From: Eledone cirrhosa
Taxonomy: Eukaryota
Direction: 5' to 3'
DNA: 64,000 nucleotides
NCBI GenBank assembly: GCA_964016885.1
Contig: OZ024752.1
Location: forward strand, 19,716,001-19,780,000
Positions 54,936 to 64,000 of this stretch are shown in pieces. A program made the position numbers and the translations under genes. Under the pieces are notes generated by a model. The model saw nothing but the letters and a program-made list of their open reading frames with translations. It ran no database searches and was not told the DNA's origin. Position 1 is the first letter of the stretch; each line of letters begins with the position of its first letter.

Positions 54936-55494
54936 CTAAAACAGAGAATCTCTGTCTGTCTGTCTGTCTGTCCAATCACTAAAACTCGAGAACCACCCAA
55001 CCGAGTTTTTTCAAACTTTACACATGTAATACTTGTGGTCCCGTGAGTGTTTTGAGCAAACATTTCAAATTTTCAATACCCTAGCGACTGCATTAGGCGA
55101 TTTAGCGATCTCTCTCTATAATTCTTAGTCTTTCTCTTTTTAGATAGATACATAGATATAACGTCGCGCCCTTATAATATCGGTCTGTATGCCTGACTGT
55201 CTGCATTACGTCATTATGACGCGATCACTGTGTGTGTGTATATATATAAATAGTCTTCAAGACTATACAGAGCATTTGTAGTTGTGTCAAATTGAAGGAT
55301 AAGTATTTTAAACTTTATTTTATCATGAGTTAAGGCTCTATTGATTTTTCCCTGGATTTCACTAAATTCTGTTGGCTGAATTTATATCCTGATTCTTTTT
55401 GAGTTGAGTTTGAATTTTCCCATTTTGACGCTATAGACACTTATATATTATGGAATACTGTTGGCTTTTTGCTACAATATTTTCTATACCTTTC

Positions 55495-55554
<60 letters not shown>

Positions 55555-55961
55555 TTATGCCAGGGAGCGTCTTCCCGAACGAAAGTACCATCTTCCTGTT
55601 TTCCTTCGGTTGCAACGTTTCTCGAAATATTTACATCTGTGTTCACAGATTGATTTTTTTTTTTTAGTTTCAGAAGATCCCGTTAAGGGTGAAAGCAGCG
55701 ATTCTTTGCATAAACTTTAATATATTTTTTTAATATAGATATTCGTGTACAGATATTTTTGCATACACAAACACAAAATATAAACAAACAAGGCTGGCGA
55801 TTACATAATCACATGCACCACTGACAGATATTTTTGCATACACAAAAACATTTCGAAATATTTACTTCTGCATTCACAGATTGATTTTTTTAGTCTCAGA
55901 AGATCCCGTTAAGGGTGAAAGCATCGATTCTTTGCTTAAACTTTAATGTTATTTTAGTATA

Positions 55962-56037
<76 letters not shown>

Positions 56038-56416
56038 GTGAGTATTTTTTACAAAATGAAAAATAACTGAGGTGTCCTACACGAGTGAAAGTATAAAGAA
56101 AAAAAGATGAAATCGAAAATGCAACTGGGGGTCGTATTTTAAAAGATATATATATATATATATTTGGTTCCTTTACCGGTTTCGCAGTTCTTCTGCTTTT
56201 CAAAAGTAGAGTTGAGATGGAGGGTCTGTGGTTTTTCTCACATATATATATATATATATATATATAATTATATATTCGTGTACAGATATTTTTGCATACA
56301 CAATAACAAAATATAAACAAACGTATTTATTTCACGAGGCTCGATAAGGATAAATATATATCAAATATATAAGAACCCTAGAGAAAATCCCGAGCAACGT
56401 CGAGCCATTCTGCTAG
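54933..56416 (+). mobile_element. Non-autonomous Helitron termini enclosing family A and C fragments
   Basis: 5' (CTGT)n and CCGAGTTTTTTCAAACTTT; 3' CCGAGCAACGTCGAG..CTGCTAG|T. Confidence 0.6.
56171..56206 (-). ncRNA. 36 nt minimal type I hammerhead with U3-A8 core (family C)
   Basis: CTT TTGAAAA GCAG AAGAA CTGC GAAA CCGG TA AAG; all three stems pair. Confidence 0.7.
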
Positions 56417-56585
56417 TATATATGTAACGTTTATCTATTTTTTTTCCTTCAAACTTACATTTTAAACTTAGCTCCATTTAAATGATTATTTGTCTGGTTA
56501 ATTTCTACGGACTAAGAGGAAAAATTGGGTAACTTGTACTCCTGCGTTGTTGTTGTTTTTATATCCCCCCCCCCCCCCTCTCTCT

Positions 56586-56627
<42 letters not shown>

Positions 56628-56634
<7 letters not shown>

Positions 56635-56828
56635 TAACAGATTAAAGTTTAAGCAAAGAATCGCTGCTTATAAAAGATCCTGTTAAGGGTGAAAGCAGCG
56701 ATTCTTTGCTTAAACTTTAATCTGTTATTTTAATAAATATTTTCTCCGGGGTTCTTATATATTTGATATATATTTATCCCTATCGAGCTCTCTTTGGATT
56801 TTAGTCTTCACATTTATTATTATTACTG
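56628..56828. mobile_element. Family A: short palindrome plus tail
   Basis: ~40 bp arms TAAAATAACAG..GAATCGCTGCTT and reverse complement, tail on the right. Confidence 0.85.
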
Positions 56829-58589
56829 TATATATATATATCACCACTATAATTTTCCACAATTCCTTTAAGATTATTACCTCTGTTATCCCAGCTATTG
56901 CTGCCAACATTTAAAACCTTGGCAAACATACCAAATATATATTAGACGGTCTCGTAAGTGGTCAGTCGACCTACAAGAAATAGGTGTCGAATATCTCTCA
57001 AATTACACTCCGCCGTCTTAGATAAGTGAAGTTATCATTAGATAATGTAATCCTGTACATATAGGATGGCCAAAGTTGGCGGTGTGCCTTTGATAGTAGT
57101 TTTATGGTGACACTACAACTTCCCCCACCCCTCCACTCATCCAAGCTTTATTGAGTCGCCCATTATATTAGAAATAGCATCTAAATCTTATAAAAGAACG
57201 CAGGCAACTGTTGGTCTTTGATAAAAGATCTTACTCAGACCTACATCATAGCGAGGGCATTTCCAGGTGCTGATAAATGCGTTGACCTTGATCGATAAAA
57301 GGCCTCATTAAGGCAGCCATTAAAAAGATCTGACACCTATTCCATAGAAAGGACATTTCTACTAAAAAGATCTGAGACGTCGAAAGTTAAAAAACTTACT
57401 ATTGAATGAATACATAATTTTATTGGATAGAAAACTAGATTAGCAGAAACTCAAAGAAAAGTTTGGAAAGTTAGACAAAATATGAAATAAATCAATGTTT
57501 ATAAGGTAAATAGTTTTGGTCGAACGCAATGAATAAAACGGAGCACTTTGTAATTAATAACTCCTCCAACAAAAGATTTCATTATATGTATTGAATAAAG
57601 GAACGTATTGCCTTAGGTGGTAAGGGTATGAATTAATATCTCCAGCTTAACTGATAGCTTTATTGGTGTTTTAGTTCTTTGGTTAACGGGTAAGTGAACA
57701 TCTTGACAACCATGGAAGTATTAAAAAGACATCGATTGTGAGACATATTAGACAAGTCTACATTGAACGTTCTGAATAAATCGACCTCCTAATGACACAT
57801 GAACTAGACATCTCACCTACAGGACCTGCTCAAAGCAGAGAAACTGAGGTGAAAGAAAATACCTGTTTCGCCGATATCCGATAAAATTAGTTCGGGATAA
57901 CCGTGGTTATACGTTGGCAAGAAAAAACAAACAAAAATATTCTTCCGATTTCCAAGAAACTGGTGATTGTGTCAGCAGGAATCATTATAAGGTCTTACAC
58001 TATGATAGAAGAGGGACTGTTCCTGTAATTGAAATGTTCAACTTTATTACACACTGTGTCACACTAATTCAGTGGGACATTTGTTAAAGATACGCATGTC
58101 TGTGGAATGAACTGGCACACAAAATCAGGAGTTGTGTGATGAGTTGATTGAACAACTTAATGTTCATTGTTGAAATGGACGAAGGAACTATCATAAAATA
58201 TTAGATGGAGAAGAGAGATTTAATGTATTGTAATAAAGGACAGGGGTAATGGTTTTAGTTGTGGCCATAAGCAGTGTGTGACGAGGCTGGCCCATTGTAT
58301 TACTGGTACAGTCTATCCGACAGGTTTCCAAACAGTTCCCCTCTACCCAGTTTCACTAACAAGGTCGACCCGAGATTATGGTAAATTACACAATGACACT
58401 TGCCCAAAATGCATTACAGAGGATGAATATATTTTTCTCCCCAAACTACCAAAACACATTTATGTACATGTTATGTTTATCGCATATCGAAGTTTTTTAT
58501 ATCTTGGTTGATATTTGATAACAGTTAAACTAATCATTACAACTAAATTGCCCCCCCCCCCCCCTCCATTCAGAAATGCTTCTACCGAC

Positions 58590-58631
<42 letters not shown>

Positions 58632-60494
58632 ATTTTTTTTTTTTTTTTCCATTCTTTCTAACACCGGATTCACTAGCGAAAGGTCTGTTTTTCTGACTCT
58701 CTCATATATTCACACAGCTTAGGCTGAAAGAATAACTATGTTGCTTGTGTTTATTTCCATCTTCGGTTAGCTTCCCCCCGTGTTGTTTACTTGTCTCACT
58801 CGCTTTACGCGTTTCTATTGTCCTAATAACTTGTTTTAGTTATTATCGCTACAACGTGAGGTATATGATTTTTAATGCGATGAAATACCCATGATCGTTT
58901 GGTAAATCACTGATGAGGGACTCATTTTATAACATGTTATCCATGTACAACCACCAGTATTCTTCTCACCCATATTTTCATATGTATATATATATGATTC
59001 TCGTCTCATCTCGCTCGTTTTACGCGATTTTCTTGTCCCAATACCTTTATTTACCTATTGTTCACACCAACCGGAGGTATATGATTTTTAAAGCGACGGC
59101 GAAGAAATACCAATGAAGGTTGGAAAATCACTGACGAAGGACTATTTTTATCATATGTAACCCATGTGCAACCACGCAGTATTCTTTCTTCTCATGTTTT
59201 TTTATATATATATAAACAAACACAAGTATAAAGTATTTATAAGGTTGTATACATACGTACATACATATACTCTTTTACCCGTTCCAGCCATCCGGCTGTG
59301 GTCAAAGTGGGGTACCGCCCTTAGAGAGAGAGAGACGTATTTGAAGTATAATACAGCTGGGATATAGAAGTAAATAAAGTTAATCGGTGAGATAGACACA
59401 TAATTTCCTCGATATTGTAACGTACAGAGATATTTAAAGAGTTCTGCTGTTTTATAGTAAACCTATCTGATAAAAGTCTTTACTTCCTGTCCACTAACTT
59501 GTTATCAGGTAAATTAAGCTGATCAGGGAAAATTGAGGTTAAATTAACGACAAACTAAATTTAATGCTATCACTAACCAGTTATTATGTGTATAGTGAAT
59601 TATCTGGATATTACAAGCAGCAAAAAATAGATGTTACTCAGTTTCCTAAACCCTCGATATCTCTTAGTTAGATTATAGAGAAATTAATAGAACAGAAATT
59701 GGAATTTCATGCTATATTAAATTCGATTGGAATACGTAATTGATATAGGAGATTGGAAGACATCTAAATCTAGAAACGACAGTCTACTTGGCGATTAGTT
59801 CTGGTGTGTGTGTAGCTGTGTATATATAACTGTATATATAACTGTGCTGTATGTGTGTATATATATATATGTGTGTGTGTATATATATGTGTATACAAAT
59901 CTGTTGTGTGTGTAAATAAATGTTGTTGCTTGCGCGCGTGTGTGTAAATGTGTTTACAAGTGTGTTGCGTGTGTATATGAGTGTATATAACTATGCTGTG
60001 TGTATATAACGATTATTATGTGTATGTATGTGTGTATTACTGTGTGTTGTATGTGTGTATATAACTGAGTGTGTTGTCTGTGTGTCTATATATCTGTGTT
60101 GTTACTGTTGTGTGTGTGTGTATATAACTGTTGGTAATGTGCTTCTCATTAACTTCGTGTTTATCCATGTGTGTGTGTGTGTGTGTTAACTAGCCGACCT
60201 ATTGTCGAAATATTCCCTAACATATGTTGTAAATATTATACCTCAAGCGCCCTTCTCTCCAATCTACATGTACTTTTTGAAGAAATGTTGTTGTTTATAA
60301 GTGTCTGTATGTGAAGGTTTATGATAGAAAAAGCTGGGAGAAACATGAAGACCCTCTGGTTTGTTTTAGTGTATCTCCAAGAATAAACCACGTGAAATTA
60401 ATCTACTGAAAGGTTTCACATTTTTAGCATTTAACAAAATATATCCTAAGTAAATGGACATTTAAAGATGCGGTTAGCAAGGAACAGATATAGG

Positions 60495-60525
<31 letters not shown>

Positions 60526-60569
60526 AATATATATATATATATATTATATATATATATAATATATATATA

Positions 60570-60644
<75 letters not shown>

Positions 60645-60692
60645 AAAGGTCGGTAGAAGCATTTCTGAATGGAGGGGGGGGGGGAATTTAGT

Positions 60693-60740
<48 letters not shown>

Positions 60741-60744
<4 letters not shown>

Positions 60745-60860
60745 AGGCGTGTGGTTGGGTGGTTAGAGAATTGGATTCACAATCTTGAGGTTGTGAGTTC
60801 GATTCCTGGACCGGGCGATGCGTTATATCCTTGAGCAAGACACTTTATTTCACGTTGCTC
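60741..60860 (+). mobile_element. tRNA-derived SINE head with CORE-like segment
   Basis: A-box and B-box (GAGTTCGATTCC) then TCCTTGAGCAAGACACTT. Confidence 0.75.
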
Positions 60861-61559
60861 CTTCTACCTGGAGTTACGACCGATAGATAGTACTAGCAAC
60901 TGGAAAGACCAACGGAAACATTGTTTCCTCGGTCCGATTTGACGAAAGTCGATCGATAAAAAAAATATATATGATCGATCTAGGACTGCAGTAACGATGG
61001 TTTGAATCCTTCTTTCCATCAGTTCTGTGCTACATCTGGGGCCCTAATATTTAACTCTCGAAGGCACAGTCTACTAAAATGTCCCCCATCGGTCACTAAT
61101 GACCATGGGGTTTGCACCTAGAAAGTTCCCCTCTGAGGCACAAATCCGGGGAAAGGTTTGTTTGTGAAAGACCAGCAGTCACCCATACATACCAGCCTCT
61201 CCTCTCCACGCCACTGATGTTGTCCAAGGGAAAGGCAATGGCCGATACAGCTTGACACCAGTGATGTCGCAACTCATTTCTACAGCTGAGTCAACTGGAT
61301 CAATGTGAAATTGATTTCATATCAATGAATCAGTATAAGAGCAAGATTTAGATATTTTTTTATGTGGTTGCAGAGGAACATAAATCGGAAGTTGTGACTT
61401 TCATGCACTTTCCAAAGATATTAACTGCATAAAACTAGTGTATTAATTGTTTTGAGTGAAGTCGTCATTAAAAGAAACTAAATCTTGTTTTAGCTTATTA
61501 ATCTATTATCTTTTAATTGATAAATTATAATAGATTTTAATAGATTAAATTACATAGTT

Positions 61560-61870
61560 TTGAGTTCGATCCCACACCGCAGCATTTTGGTCACACATCT
61601 TCTATAGCCTTGGGTAGCGTTAATTGCAGAATCTCGCCGTATATATATATATATATATATATATATGGGGGGGGGGGTGTAAGAGAGGGGGAAGAGTGTG
61701 TTTACGTTTGTGTCTCTATTAATGGTCCGTAACTTATTGGTTCGACAGAAAAGCTGGATAAGATAAGAACCAGACTTGAAAAACAATAAGTACTGGGATT
61801 GATACTGTCGACTTTAAGGCGCTGCCGCAGCATGGCCGCAGTCAAATGACTGAAACCAGTTAAAAAAAGG
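61560..61870 (+). mobile_element. Degenerate SINE of a third family
   Basis: GAGTTCGATCCC head; tail CAGCATGGCCGCAGTCAAATGACTGAAAC plus A-run, similar to 16940-17020. Confidence 0.6.
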
Positions 61871-62019
61871 AAAAGAATAGATTACTAGAATGTTCAGTCA
61901 CTCCTTTGATACTCAATTATTTTGTATTATCTACAGTATCGAATAGTTTAATATAGGAATAATTGGCCTGTCCCAGTTTATAGATACGGTCGAAATAGTT
62001 ATAACTACTCATTACTTAT

Positions 62020-62280
62020 CAACCGAGGTCAACTTTGCCTTTCATTCTTTCCAGATCGATAAAAAAAACTACCAGTCTAGTACTGGGATCGATTCTTCCT
62101 CTATATCTCTTTCTCATTTCCATTCTCTCACTAGCTATCTTTCTCTGCAAGAAATCTACTGTATTCAAACCAGGAGAGGAGATGGGCTCTGACGGGTCTA
62201 TAAAATACCCTAGAAACGTTGTATACGGCGTCCCTACGACTCCCTTGGGAGTTATGGGGCGCTGTATGGGACCATGCATA
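62020..62280 (+). mobile_element. SINE variant with long 3' extension
   Basis: Homologous to the reverse complement of 1790-2030. Confidence 0.75.
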
Positions 62281-62956
62281 TATTACTTGTAAAAGAAATA
62301 TTTAATTTTGCACTTATTGAAAATGACTCTGTTGGAATTGGAATAAAACAAGTCAATATTATTACACATTCCAGATGTCCGCTAACCATGTTTAATTATA
62401 GAAATGGAAACAGCTGATCATCGGACAGAGGAAATTGTTTTAATTGCTGATACTATCAGTCGCAACTCCTGGCAGAAAGAGACGGGGTTTAAACTCAGAA
62501 CATAGGACTGGATCTGATGCCGTCTACATTCCACCCGCCCGATCCTTTAATAATTCCCACCAATCCTTCAATCTTTGGAATGGTAATTTATTTATCGACC
62601 CCGAGAAGATGAAAGGCAAAGCTGACTTGGGTAGGATTTAAACCCAGAACGTGCAGTGAACCGTGAGAAATACCGAAGCATTTATTCTAACGCCTTAACA
62701 ATTCTGCCAATTGACTGCCTAATGATGAAACCGGACCTAAACTGAAACGATAAAAGAAGTTCTAAAGATGTCTATATAGATGACAGCCGTTAATGAGACC
62801 AGTACGGTTTAAGTCTCTCCAGTCTTCTACTGGACGATATATATCAGAAAACTAAATAAAGACGAATAAAGATGGATTCATTCGTTACTAAATCAAATAA
62901 AAATATATGAAAATTGAATTAGGTTTCGCCGTAACTTTAGCCAAATAAAATAGTCT

Positions 62957-63265
62957 AATAATTGTTTCTATTTTAGGCACAAGGCCAGCAACTGCCCAGT
63001 ACATTACTGGTACTTTATTTTATCGACCCCGTAAGGATGAAAGGCAAAGTTAACCTCGGCGGGATTTGAACTCAGATCATAAAGGGACGTAACTCTATGC
63101 TTCAAAGCATTGTGCCCGACTCTCTACCGATACTGCCAATCCAAATGACTTCTGAATTAGGGACAAGGCCAGTAATTTGAGGAGAGGGGAAAGTCGATTA
63201 AATCGACCCCAGTGTATTACTGACGCTTTATTTTATCGACCCCGTAAGGATGAAAGGCAAAGCTA
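62957..63265 (-). mobile_element. Two tandem SINE copies
   Basis: SINE consensus on the minus strand. Confidence 0.85.
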
Positions 63266-63443
63266 TCCTATAATAGTCTAATAACAAGGGGGCGTATAAC
63301 CCCATCTTTTCCCCATTCAGTGGGTTTATATGCCCTGTTATTATTAGGCTACTTTATTTTGTCAAAGTTACTCGAAATCTTGAGATTCCGCTCGCCATTT
63401 CCTAAACACACACACTTAAAAATATATATCTAGGACAGTTGGT

Positions 63444-64000
63444 TCCCAAACCTCAACCAGCAGTCTATACCCAAACCTCAACCAACAGTCTATACCCAAA
63501 CCAACAGTCTATACCCAAACCTCAACCAGCAGTCTATACCCAAACCTCAACCAACAGTCTATACCCAAACCTCAACCAACAGTCTATACCCAAACCTCAA
63601 CCAACAGTCTATACCCAAACCTCAACCAACAGTCTATACCCAAACCTCAACCAGCAGTCTATACCCAAACCCCAACCAACAGTCTATACCCAAACCTCAA
63701 CCAACAGTCTATACCCAAACCTCAACCAACAGTCTATACCCAAACCTCAACCAGCAGTCTATACCCAAACCCCAACCAACAGTCTATACCCAAACCTCAA
63801 CCAACAGTCTATACCCAAACCTCAACCAACAGTCTATACCCAAACCTCAACCAACAGTCTATACCCAAACCTCAACCAACAGTCTATACCCAAACCTCAA
63901 CCAACAGTCTATACCCAAACCTCAACCAACAGTCTATACCCAAACCTCAACCAACAGTCTATACCCAAACCAACAGTCTATACCCAAACCTCAACCAGCA
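63444..64000. repeat. 25 bp minisatellite, about 22 copies, runs off the window
   Basis: CCCAAACCTCAACCARCAGTCTATA. Confidence 0.97.

Noticed and set aside
47050-55063. Very long ORFs (up to 1030 aa) of Y/I/H/T/C/V
   Set aside because: Translations of TA/CA microsatellite that lacks stop codons
56830-58500. Unique-looking sequence that might hold exons
   Set aside because: No long ORF, supported splice pattern or motif visible
60741-60815. tRNA gene
   Set aside because: A and B boxes continue into SINE body; no convincing cloverleaf

Overview
Eukaryotic, AT-rich, repeat-saturated non-genic window; the SINE families and microsatellite load suggest an animal, probably an octopus/cephalopod (inference). 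I can support no host gene. Contents: a decayed L1/Tx1 LINE (about 3.2-7.8 kb), several Penelope-like element (PLE) remnants (RT at 44.7-46.7 kb, open GIY-YIG ORF at 30316-31314, decayed copies at 25.3-26.3 kb and 49.1-51.7 kb), RTE and CRE-like LINE fragments, four non-autonomous Helitrons, hAT and Tc1/mariner MITEs, many tRNA-derived SINEs, several minisatellites, giant (TA/CA) arrays and a 200-N gap. The main signal: about ten unrelated short families share one architecture, namely an inverted copy of a 3' end, a forward 3' end of variable length and a constant one-sided tail, sitting in (TA)n. Twelve type I hammerhead-ribozyme motifs from six families can be read in these ends and in the PLE remnants, two families with a compensated U3-A8 core. 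All calls were made by eye, and boundaries of degenerate repeats are approximate.
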